Assembly: GCF_000039765.1 (NCBI RefSeq)
Contig: NC_004460.2
Location: 630,001-662,000 of the forward strand
Direction of reading: 5' to 3'
DNA length: 32,000 nt
Origin: Vibrio vulnificus CMCP6
GTDB taxonomy: Bacteria > Pseudomonadota > Gammaproteobacteria > Enterobacterales > Vibrionaceae
Part shown: positions 1 to 7,243 of the stretch, piece by piece
Position numbering within the stretch: position 1 is the first letter of the stretch
How the letters are laid out: each line of letters starts with the position of its first letter
Program-made: the position numbers and the translations under genes
The notes under the pieces: model-generated
Databases searched by the model: none
What the model was told of the DNA's origin: nothing
What the model saw: the letters and a program-made list of their open reading frames with translations, nothing else

Positions 1-382
1 GGTTGAGATCGTCGCTAGCGATGCCTTTCAGTTCGATAAAGCGGCTGAGTACCGCAGCACCGTTAAAGGCTTTCGCTCGCTCCCATGGGAGGCCTTTTGC
101 TTTGAGATAACTTTGTGTCTGTCGTTTGGTGAGATCTAAGCCGATGCCAACCCCCGCATACTGGCCGTTTTCAATCACAAAGCAGATCTCGGCTTCATAA
201 TGAAGCGGCTCTTGATGGAAAGAATGCAATGTGCTGGTGACTGCCGACGCCGGCTTGTGAAACAGCACCATTTGTTCGGGAATTGTGTTTTGCAGCTCTT
301 CAATATGCTCAACATAATTACGCCCAACGCAGAGCACTTTGCCCGGTTGCAAGGTTTTGTTTCTGAAGTGGATATGGCTCAT
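1..382 (-). CDS. Fumarylacetoacetate hydrolase (FAH) family protein, N-terminal part; the 3' end runs off the window
   Basis: Absent from the ORF track because there is no in-window stop. A reverse-strand ATG at 382 opens a frame that stays open to base 2: MSHIHFRNKTLQPGKVLCVGRNYVEHIEELQN...LHYEAEICFVIENG...GLDLTKRQ...PWERAKAFNG. The 'KVxCVGxNYxxH' and 'E-x-E' patterns are typical of the FAH fold (YcgM-like). Confidence 0.75.
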   Translation of the reverse strand, partial: MSHIHFRNKTLQPGKVLCVGRNYVEHIEELQNTIPEQMVLFHKPASAVTSTLHSFHQEPLHYEAEICFVIENGQYAGVGIGLDLTKRQTQSYLKAKGLPWERAKAFNGAAVLSRFIELKGIASDDLN

Positions 383-484
383 TTCTCTTCCCTGAACAAA
401 CACAAAAACGCGATTCTAAACTAGCCACTGATAAAGTGCTCAGAATCCAATCACAGAATCATCCAAAATGAGAAGCTCGATCCA

Positions 485-946
485 TCAATTGAGCTTTTCG
501 AGCACTTTTTCGCACAAACTTTTCAATGTCACCAACTCGTCAATGCTGAGATCGATACGACAAAGCATGTTTTGCGGCACCTGTTGAGCTTGCTGTTTCA
601 GAGCTCTGCCTGCTTCCGTGAGAAACAGCTCTCTCACACGCTCGTCAGTTTGACCGCGGCGACGTTCAACAATGCCTTTTGCTTCTAAGCGCTTCAATAG
701 CGGGGTTAAGGTGCCAGAATCAAGATGAAGCTTGACGCCTAAATCTTTCACATTGATGCCGTTTTGCTGCCACAAGACCAACAACACCAGATATTGTGAG
801 TAGGTCAGATCCAACGCTTCAAGTAATGGTCGATAGGCACGGATCACTGCATTAGCCGCACTGTATAACGGGAAACATATTTGATTTTCCAGCAAAAGTT
901 GCGCTTCAGAATCCCCTTGGCAACGGATAGTTTGTTCAGACATCAC
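485..946 (-). CDS. ohrR: MarR-family organic hydroperoxide resistance regulator OhrR
   Basis: 153-aa ORF with a winged-helix MarR core (LTYSQYLVLLVLW...VKDLGVKLHLDSGTLTPLLKRLEAKGIVERRR) and an N-terminal sensing Cys in 'QICFPLY'. It is divergent from an Ohr gene. Confidence 0.9.
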   Translation of the reverse strand: MMSEQTIRCQGDSEAQLLLENQICFPLYSAANAVIRAYRPLLEALDLTYSQYLVLLVLWQQNGINVKDLGVKLHLDSGTLTPLLKRLEAKGIVERRRGQTDERVRELFLTEAGRALKQQAQQVPQNMLCRIDLSIDELVTLKSLCEKVLEKLN

Positions 947-962
947 TCACCTCACAAAATAA

Positions 963-1033
963 ATTGTGCACAATATACTTGCAAACAACAAAAGGATCGA
1001 TATAAGATTGCAAACAATTAGATTGCACACAAC
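963..1033. promoter_or_regulatory. ohrR/ohr divergent control region with four related 12-mers, likely OhrR operators
   Basis: The four 12-mers are ATTGTGCACAAT (963-974, perfect palindrome), CTTGCAAACAAC (978-989), ATTGCAAACAAT (1007-1018) and ATTGCACACAAC (1022-1033). All lie between the two divergent start codons. Confidence 0.6.
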
Positions 1034-1057
1034 TCAAATAACAAAGGAACATCGACC

Positions 1058-1480
1058 ATGAAAACACTTTACCAAACTTCCGCAACCGCTTCTGCTGGAC
1101 GAAACGGCCTTGTCAGTACTGACGACAAACTGCTGGAACTCAACCTAAGCTACCCGAAAGAAATGGGCGGAACAGGTGCTGCCACCAACCCAGAGCAGCT
1201 CTTCGCCGCAGGTTATGCCGCCTGTTTTTCTAATGCGATTTTGCATGTCGCCCGCGAAGGAAAAATAGCGATTAAACAAGCGCCTGTCACTGCGACGGTA
1301 GGCATTGGCCCGAATGAACAAGGCGGTTTTGCCCTAACGGTCTCACTGGCAGCAGAAATCGACCTGCCTGCGGATCAGGCGGTGAAATTAGTCGCCACGG
1401 CTCACCAAGTGTGTCCTTATTCTAATGCCGTTCGTGGCAATATTGACGTTCAGTTGTCAGTCAATGGCGTCGCAATTTAA
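1058..1480 (+). CDS. ohr: Organic hydroperoxide resistance protein (Ohr, OsmC/Ohr family thiol peroxidase)
   Basis: 140 aa. Both catalytic cysteines are in their usual contexts (AAGYAACFSNA and HQVCPYSNA). It is paired with ohrR. Confidence 0.93.
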   Translation: MKTLYQTSATASAGRNGLVSTDDKLLELNLSYPKEMGGTGAATNPEQLFAAGYAACFSNAILHVAREGKIAIKQAPVTATVGIGPNEQGGFALTVSLAAEIDLPADQAVKLVATAHQVCPYSNAVRGNIDVQLSVNGVAI

Positions 1481-1514
1481 GTAAGGCACGCACTGCGAAT
1501 CACGCTTCAACATA

Positions 1515-1547
1515 TAAAAAAGCCAGCAGTGACACTGCTGGCTTTCC
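1515..1547. terminator. Bidirectional intrinsic terminator between the convergent ohr and porin genes
   Basis: Stem agccagcag (1521-1529) pairs with ctgctggct (1535-1543). An A-run lies upstream, giving a U-run for the minus-strand porin transcript. Only a short T-containing tail is present for the plus strand. Confidence 0.7.
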
Positions 1548-1586
1548 ACATGAGTGGACAATTGGACGGCTAAAAAATGTTAGCGC

Positions 1587-2633
1587 TTATAGGTAGTAGC
1601 GAGCACCTAGCATCCATTTGTCGTCTGCTTTTTCTTTGTAGTCACCAGAACCTTGTAGGTCAAACTGGTAGCCAGCAAAACCAACGAACTTCGGCGTGAA
1701 GTTGTACTCAGCTTGAACCGCTGACGTGCTGTATACACGCTTGCTTAGCTCTTCATCAATCACAGATTCGTAGTTAACGCTTAGGTTGATGCCGTTGTTT
1801 AGCGTGTAAGCCGCTAGCGCTTCGTAAGCTGACGTGTCTTTCAGTAGGTTACCGTCGCCAGAGTTCATGTACTCATTCATTGCGTAAACGCCCGCTAGGT
1901 ATAAGCCCTTGCCGTATGAGCCGTAAGTGGCACTGATAACATGAGATTCAGACGTTTTCGTGCCTACACCACCACCGTAGTTCACGTCACCCGTGTTGTA
2001 CGCGTAGTTTGCAGTCACATTGGCAATGCTGTAGTTCAATGCGATTTGCGCACGGTTGCCGTAGTTATTTTTTATCGTGTTCGTTTCAGACAACTTTAAT
2101 TCGCCTGTTTTACGACCTTGCCAGCCAAGACCTAAGCCAATCTTGCCCGCTTCACCTAGTTCAAACGCCTTAGCGTAGCTGACCATCTCTTCTGCACGAC
2201 CGGTACCTAGGTTACCATGGTCTTGGTAGATGAAATCGTTCGCGAACGCGATTGGCATATCCGCCACGCCTGCAACGCTGTAGTAAGGTGCCCATTGAGT
2301 ACCAACAACACCGCGGCCAAGGCTTTCATGCGTCAGGCCAATGTAACCTAAGCGAGTAGAAAGTGCGTTTTCACCACCATCTAGGTAGTTGATAGACCAC
2401 TCACCTTTTGCATCAGCCGTAAAGCCATTGCCGAGATCTTGAGTCGCATTGAAGTTAATACGCGGAGAAACCGCTGTCACACCTAGGTCACCTTGCTTGG
2501 AGTCTTCCAACGCAACTGAAACGTGGCCGCCAATAGAGAAAGTCGTACCATCGTTGTTGTAAACTTCCACTGCAACTGCTTGAGTGCCGAATGTTGCGCT
2601 AGCAACAGCAAGAGCCAAAATGTTTTTGTTCAT
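1587..2633 (-). CDS. Outer-membrane general porin (Gram-negative porin family, OmpU/OmpT-like)
   Basis: 348 aa. It has a signal peptide MNKNILALAVASATFGTQAVA, alternating beta-strand pattern, and is Gly/Tyr/Asn-rich with a C-terminal ...GARYYL. Confidence 0.88.
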   Translation of the reverse strand: MNKNILALAVASATFGTQAVAVEVYNNDGTTFSIGGHVSVALEDSKQGDLGVTAVSPRINFNATQDLGNGFTADAKGEWSINYLDGGENALSTRLGYIGLTHESLGRGVVGTQWAPYYSVAGVADMPIAFANDFIYQDHGNLGTGRAEEMVSYAKAFELGEAGKIGLGLGWQGRKTGELKLSETNTIKNNYGNRAQIALNYSIANVTANYAYNTGDVNYGGGVGTKTSESHVISATYGSYGKGLYLAGVYAMNEYMNSGDGNLLKDTSAYEALAAYTLNNGINLSVNYESVIDEELSKRVYSTSAVQAEYNFTPKFVGFAGYQFDLQGSGDYKEKADDKWMLGARYYL

Positions 2634-3099
2634 TTTTAAGTTCCATTAGTTATTACACATAACATGTATATTCCAACCAGGTAGAGAACCTTAGAATTCA
2701 GCTACTTCTGGTTAACATCTGGCGAGAACTTTATGCGATGGCACAACAAACCACCCAGTGAAATAATATAAATTGACCATAAAGATAATAAATCATTAAT
2801 TTTCAATTGTTTAAATTTAAAAACACAAAAACAAAATGAGTTATTTTGATGTTACAAATAGTTACACCCCATCAAAAGCAAACCGAGTAAACGATTGGCA
2901 AAATCAGAAAAACAACCGAAATGTTAATAATGATGTTACAAACAGAAATACTTTCTCCCTTCTTTAATGAAGAGAAATTGGAAAACGCCGGTCTTATACC
3001 CAAGTAACCTCGAGATGTAAGTTTCAGAGAGATTGAATCCATATCGTAAAGCGCACGCAATCCATGAGGCCCATGTAACAGCTCAATGAGAAACCCATT

Positions 3100-3591
3100 A
3101 TGAAAATCGTCAAAATCCTAAAAGAGTGGCTACCCGTGCTGGCGGTGGTATTGATTGTCTCCATCGCTCTTGATTTCTACTATTCGAGAAATCTGCCAAA
3201 AGACAACGCGCTCCCCCTTTCCGCCATGACAACACTTGGGACACAAGTTGACTTGCTGAGCGCCAGTCAAGGCTCCCCTGTGGTTGTCTATTTTTGGGCA
3301 ACCTGGTGTGGTCCTTGCAAACTCGTTAGTCCGACGATCAACCAGATCGCAGATTCCTACCCCGTTATCAGTGTGGCGATGCAGTCGGGAGACGAAGGAA
3401 GCGTTAATCAGTATTTGCAATCACAACAGTATGATTACGACACCATCAATGATCCAACTGGCAAAATTAGCCGTGATTGGGGGGTACAAGTCACCCCGAC
3501 CGTTGTGATTGTGCGTAATGGAAAAATTGAGTTTATTACCTCAGGCGTCAGTTCTCCGATTGGCCTATGGCTCAGATTATGGTTGAGCTAG
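3100..3591 (+). CDS. Membrane-anchored thioredoxin-fold thiol:disulfide oxidoreductase (TlpA/ResA-like)
   Basis: 163 aa. One N-terminal TM helix (LPVLAVVLIVSIALDFY) is followed by VVVYFWATWCGPCK (WCGPC active site) and the cis-Pro region 'VTPTVVIV'. Confidence 0.88.
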   Translation: MKIVKILKEWLPVLAVVLIVSIALDFYYSRNLPKDNALPLSAMTTLGTQVDLLSASQGSPVVVYFWATWCGPCKLVSPTINQIADSYPVISVAMQSGDEGSVNQYLQSQQYDYDTINDPTGKISRDWGVQVTPTVVIVRNGKIEFITSGVSSPIGLWLRLWLS

Positions 3592-3743
3592 CTATTCTTT
3601 CGTCCTCATCATTCATTGAACTGCAATACAAGCACAACGAAAGCGTCATGAAATAGAAATCGTTTGTTCATTTTTAATCAGTACCTTAGCTGCATCAGGA
3701 ATCGGGCATGTAAGCCCATTGAATATAAAAAGGTAATTGAGAA

Positions 3744-4721
3744 ATGAAAAAGGCAGCTTTAGCAACCGCAATCCTATCCGCAGTGGTCACCGGGTCATCT
3801 TTCGCAGCAACCGTTTATAAAACAGACGGTACTGAGCTAAAAATTGGTGGGCGCGTTGAGTTCCGTGGTGATTTCATTGGTACCGACAAAGGTGTTGAGA
3901 TCGACGGCACCATGGAAGACAGCACTCGTGCGCGTCTTAACGTAAAAGGCACCACTGACCTTGGTAACGATCTACAAGCCTTTGGTTTTTACGAAGCTGA
4001 GCAGAAAACAGGCGAAAGCAGTTTCAAAAACCGTTACATGTACGCAGGTGTGAAGACAAACGCAGGTGCGTTTTCTGTTGGTAAGCAAGATATGGCTTCT
4101 GTCATCGTTTCAGACCTGACGGATATTACCGAGTTTTCTGGCGTGCAGCAGTTCATTGATGCGTCATCAGACAAAACAGACAGCACGTTTGCCTATCGCG
4201 GCAGCTTCGATGCTCTACAAATTGAAGCCACTTATTCAGCAAGCGACGCTGACAATAGCGACCTGATGGGCATCAGTGGCCTTTACTCTCTTCCTATCGG
4301 TCTGGATCTGGGTTTGGCTTACTCCACAGGTGATAACGGTGCTGGCAACGGTAGCCAAAACCAGATCCTTGTCGGTGCAGGCTATACCTTAAACGATCTT
4401 TATCTAGGTGCGACTTTCTCGACGGGTGATCTCGATGACAAAGCGAAACAAGAATTCACCGCCTACGAAATTGCGGTTCAGTACAAAATCAGCAAACCAT
4501 TTAGCGTTGCCGCGATGTACACTTTCGCCGAAGAAGACGATAACGGTACTAAATCGGACGCAACTAAAGGTCTCGAGTTGGTGGGTTACTACAAGCTAAA
4601 CAGCAACTTTCGCACTTACTTGTCTTACTACCTCAACAAGCTTGATGATGTAAAAGACGTAAACGGCAAAGTCACTTCTGGGGAAGACACACTTCGACTT
4701 GGCGTACGCTACGATTTCTAA
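3744..4721 (+). CDS. Outer-membrane porin (second paralogue-like porin)
   Basis: 325 aa. It has a signal peptide MKKAALATAILSAVVTGSSFA, the N-terminal 'TVYKTDGTELKIGGRVE' porin start and a C-terminal 'LRLGVRYDF' beta-signal. Confidence 0.88.
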   Translation: MKKAALATAILSAVVTGSSFAATVYKTDGTELKIGGRVEFRGDFIGTDKGVEIDGTMEDSTRARLNVKGTTDLGNDLQAFGFYEAEQKTGESSFKNRYMYAGVKTNAGAFSVGKQDMASVIVSDLTDITEFSGVQQFIDASSDKTDSTFAYRGSFDALQIEATYSASDADNSDLMGISGLYSLPIGLDLGLAYSTGDNGAGNGSQNQILVGAGYTLNDLYLGATFSTGDLDDKAKQEFTAYEIAVQYKISKPFSVAAMYTFAEEDDNGTKSDATKGLELVGYYKLNSNFRTYLSYYLNKLDDVKDVNGKVTSGEDTLRLGVRYDF

Positions 4722-4746
4722 ATGCTTGTTTTCATCGAGCCTTTTC

Positions 4747-4773
4747 AAGCCGGTATCCCTACCGGCTTTTTTT
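4747..4773 (+). terminator. Intrinsic terminator of the porin gene
   Basis: A 9-bp stem, aagccggta (4747-4755) with taccggctt (4760-4768), has loop tccc and is followed by a T-run through 4773. Confidence 0.85.
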
Positions 4774-4786
4774 CTTCCCTAGACTT

Positions 4787-4912
4787 ATACCCTTCCTACT
4801 TGAAGCTGCAGCGGTGTTGGCTGCATTCGTTCACCCCAATCACATAGCGTATCTATGCTCATGGGGATTCACTCATTTGCCGCCTACCTGCAACTTCAAG
4901 TTGTTTGGGTAT
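4787..4912. repeat. ERIC/IRU-like intergenic palindromic repeat (~126 bp)
   Basis: The reverse complement of 4826-4875 reads GTGAATCCCCATGAGCATAGATACGCTATGTGATTGGGGTGAACG. This closely parallels the ERIC core GTGAATCCCCAGGAGCTTACATAAGTAAGTGACTGGGGTGAGCG. The outer arms atacccttcctacttgaagctgcag (4787-) and ctgcaacttcaagttgtttgggtat (-4912) are imperfect inverted repeats. Confidence 0.8.
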
Positions 4913-5130
4913 ATCTTGTGTGAATCGACTCGAATTAATTTGTAATTGTGAAGTTAATTATATTTATCGCGATAATAACAGTGCTAGTTTAGAGGTGATT
5001 TTCATTTTGTTTTATATACTTAATGGAAATCTATCAATCATCTTGTCTGAGCGCCGACCAGATAGAGATAAAAGCGTTTTGATATAGCACAACAAAACAC
5101 CATACTATATAATCCAAACCGAGGATATTT

Positions 5131-6906
5131 ATGGTAGATGGCAGAAGTAAAATCGTGGCAAACTCGAAAGTAGTATTGATATTAAAGGCCGCCTATATTG
5201 TGGCGGTATTGTTGATCACGCAAACCTTGGTGAACGAACACACCCTATTGCCTTGGTCTTACGTGTTGTTTGCCATTACCATGATTGTGGCGCTCTTTTC
5301 TCCATCCCACAAAATCAAATATGTGTGCGCTTTGATCGCCACGAGTTACCTTTTTGTCGGCGGCATCGTCGATCCTCTCGATATTGACGTCATTGAAGAG
5401 ACATTTATTCTCCTCCCGCTTTGCTATCTTTTATTGTTCCCCGGAACCATTTGGGCATTTGTCGTCGCCTTATTATTGACGGCAAGCTATTTTTATACGG
5501 TTCCACCAGAGGGCTTGGATGAGCTCATTGAAGATGCCATTGAATTGTTGGTGATTTCCACCTTCGCGTCCATCATGGTCTACTATCAGCAGAAGTTTTA
5601 CCTGCAATTAACCAAATACCGAGAAGACAGCCGAACGGATTACTTGACGCAACTGCCAAACCGCCGAGCCTTTTACTCGGATCTGAATCAGGTCGAAAGT
5701 TTGGCTCAGCAAGGGCGAAACTGTGCGCTCCTCAAAATAGATATTGATGCCTTTAAAGAGATCAACGAGAGCTTTGGCCACGAACAAGCGGATCTCCTGT
5801 TAAAACGCTTTTCTCGTCGTTTGCGAAAAAACACCCTTGGCTTTGGCCAAGTCTATCGTATGGAAGGGGACGAATTCGCTGTGCTGGTGTACGAGAAACA
5901 CAGCATTAATGATGAAGTCGATGCGCTGCTCGATAAACTCAAAAGAGCACTTACAGCAGCGTTTGAACTGGAACGAGGCTCTTATCAAATCTCCTACGCG
6001 ACCGGTATTGCTCTGTTTAATGAGTCCATGACTAACCTCGATATATGGCTAAGAAACAGCGACATTGCGGCGCAAAAAGCCAAGACACGTGGCCGCGGCC
6101 AAGTCCGTTGGTACGACGAAGCCCTATTGGACGAAACCATCCGTCAACACCAGATTGAACGAGAGCTCGACAAAGCCATTGAACTGAAACAGTTTTCCTT
6201 GGTTTATCAGCCAAAAGTATCCATCACAACAGGAGAAATTACCGGCGCTGAAGCGTTAATTCGCTGGCAACATCCAGAACTAGGCACCATAACACCTTTT
6301 GAATTCATCACCATTGCCGAGAAAACCAAGCAGATCATTCCAATTGGTCGCTGGGTGATTCTCGAGGCGTGTCAACAAGCCAAGAAATGGTTGGATTTGG
6401 GCTACAAGATCCCTGTCTCGGTCAATGTCTCAACCGTACAATTTGCTCATGACGATATCGAACTGCAAGTCAGAACCGCTCTGGCGGAGTCTCACCTTCC
6501 CGCCAGTTATCTGCAACTGGAGATCACCGAAACGGTACTAATGAAGGAGCCGAAGAAGCTCATCGAGATTTGTCATAATTTGCGGTGTGAAGGAGTCACC
6601 GTTGCAATCGATGATTTTGGCATCGCCTACTCCTCGTTGAACTATCTCAAACAACTGCCCATTGACGTGTTGAAAATCGACAAAGCCTTCATTGATGATT
6701 GTGTCGACAATCACCACGATCACATGCTGGTCAGAACCATTGTTCAACTTGGCCACAACATGGACAAAAAAGTCATCGCAGAAGGCGTGGAAACCGAAGA
6801 GCAGCGCTTATTGCTTGTCAGCGAGCAATGCGATGAGTTCCAAGGTTATCTCTACTCCAAACCCCTTGATGTGGAAGAGTTTAACCGCCAGTTACTGCAA
6901 ATTTAG
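5131..6906 (+). CDS. Membrane-bound GGDEF-EAL c-di-GMP turnover protein (degenerate 'EGDEF' A-site, intact EAL); likely a phosphodiesterase
   Basis: 591 aa. The N-terminal ~150 aa is hydrophobic with several TM helices. The GGDEF domain carries 'YRMEGDEFAV'. The EAL domain has EALIRW, EITE, DDFGIAYSSLNYL, KIDKAF, EGVETEEQ and QGYLYSKP. Confidence 0.9.
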   Translation: MVDGRSKIVANSKVVLILKAAYIVAVLLITQTLVNEHTLLPWSYVLFAITMIVALFSPSHKIKYVCALIATSYLFVGGIVDPLDIDVIEETFILLPLCYLLLFPGTIWAFVVALLLTASYFYTVPPEGLDELIEDAIELLVISTFASIMVYYQQKFYLQLTKYREDSRTDYLTQLPNRRAFYSDLNQVESLAQQGRNCALLKIDIDAFKEINESFGHEQADLLLKRFSRRLRKNTLGFGQVYRMEGDEFAVLVYEKHSINDEVDALLDKLKRALTAAFELERGSYQISYATGIALFNESMTNLDIWLRNSDIAAQKAKTRGRGQVRWYDEALLDETIRQHQIERELDKAIELKQFSLVYQPKVSITTGEITGAEALIRWQHPELGTITPFEFITIAEKTKQIIPIGRWVILEACQQAKKWLDLGYKIPVSVNVSTVQFAHDDIELQVRTALAESHLPASYLQLEITETVLMKEPKKLIEICHNLRCEGVTVAIDDFGIAYSSLNYLKQLPIDVLKIDKAFIDDCVDNHHDHMLVRTIVQLGHNMDKKVIAEGVETEEQRLLLVSEQCDEFQGYLYSKPLDVEEFNRQLLQI

Positions 6907-6915
6907 CTTTCCCTT

Positions 6916-6984
6916 TCACCATGTTTCCTTTTGCACCATGTTTCCTTTGCACCATGATTGTCGCCTTTTGAATGGTTATGGTGC
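6916..6984. repeat. Cluster of (T)GCACCAT motifs (three direct, one inverted); candidate enhancer/UAS for the sigma54 promoter downstream
   Basis: Direct copies are tcaccatgtttcctt (6916-6930), tgcaccatgtttcctt (6932-6947) and tgcaccatgattg (6948-6960). An inverted atggtgc lies at 6978-6984. The direct copies are 16-17 bp apart. Confidence 0.55.
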
Positions 6985-7036
6985 GGCTTTGGGATACTCA
7001 AAAATCCAAAACTAACAAAATCAACAACTTAAAAAC

Positions 7037-7052
7037 TGGCACAGCTTCTGCA
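7037..7052 (+). promoter_or_regulatory. Sigma54 (RpoN) -24/-12 promoter
   Basis: TGGCACagcttcTGCA has GG and GC at the canonical spacing of the consensus TGGCAC-N5-TTGCA. An exact match to the IHF consensus WATCAANNNNTTR (AATCAACAACTTA, 7019-7031) lies just upstream. Confidence 0.65.
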
Positions 7053-7062
7053 ATGATAGATG

Positions 7063-7163
7063 TACAAATGCATGGCAGCGTTTGTGCTTCTCGTTCTTAT
7101 CCTCCTCACCGAGGTACGTCCTTTAATCCGCATTTGCGCCCCTGAATTCAGGGGCTTCTTTTT
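7063..7163 (+). ncRNA. Candidate ~100-nt sigma54-dependent small RNA; the 5' end is inferred, not observed
   Basis: The interval is bounded by the sigma54 promoter (7037-7052) and the terminator (7138-7163). It contains a C/U-rich CCUCCUC tract (7101-7107). The 5' caaatgc (7065-7071) is complementary to gcatttg (7130-7136). No convincing SD-led ORF is present. Confidence 0.45.
7138..7163 (+). terminator. Intrinsic terminator (18-nt perfect palindrome plus U-run)
   Basis: gcccctgaattcaggggc (7138-7155) is followed by ttcttttt (7156-7163). Confidence 0.85.
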
Positions 7164-7243
7164 ACCCCGTTCGCCGCAAAACATTTGGCTTCGCCATGCA
7201 GAAAACGTATGATTCTCGGACTTTTTTGTGAATTCGATTATCT

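Noticed and set aside
200-424. 74-aa plus-strand ORF
   Set aside because: It lies antisense to, and almost entirely inside, the FAH-family gene (1-382, minus strand), which has clear family motifs. The product is Cys/Arg-rich and has no SD.
1587-1600. First porin ends in ...YYL rather than the usual terminal Phe
   Set aside because: The hydrophobic alternation of the beta-signal is preserved and a terminal Leu is tolerated. This is not enough to call a defect or pseudogene.
2872-3060. 62-aa minus-strand ORF in the porin/TlpA divergent region
   Set aside because: It has a TTG start with no SD and low-complexity AT-rich codons, and it sits in a promoter region. It is more likely a chance ORF.
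2640-3099. Possible ToxR-type (TNAAA-N5-TNAAA) boxes in the AT-rich porin promoter region
   Set aside because: I could not find a properly spaced pair by eye. AT-rich DNA gives many partial matches, so this is not supportable without a matrix scan.
3110-3508. Three ORFs (63, 96 and 74 aa) overlapping the TlpA-like gene
   Set aside because: They are alternative-frame or antisense shadows of a gene with a clear WCGPC thioredoxin fold.
4905-5087. 60-aa ORF upstream of the GGDEF-EAL gene
   Set aside because: It starts inside the ERIC-like repeat, is AT-rich and low-complexity, and has no SD.
6692-7015. 107-aa ORF running out of the EAL gene 3' end
   Set aside because: It is an out-of-frame overlap with a well-supported EAL domain. 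The tail merely covers the repeat array.
7063-7163. Identity with the Qrr quorum-sensing sRNAs
   Set aside because: It shares the sigma54 + ~100 nt + terminator architecture with Qrr. However, the sequence lacks the conserved Qrr core as I remember it, and the upstream repeats are GCACCAT-type, not LuxO-type TTGCA dyads.
7072-7212. 46-aa ORF (MAAFVLLVLILLTEV...) inside the candidate sRNA region
   Set aside because: It has no Shine-Dalgarno, and the strong intrinsic terminator (7138-7163) lies in the middle of the frame. A tiny membrane peptide cannot be fully excluded.
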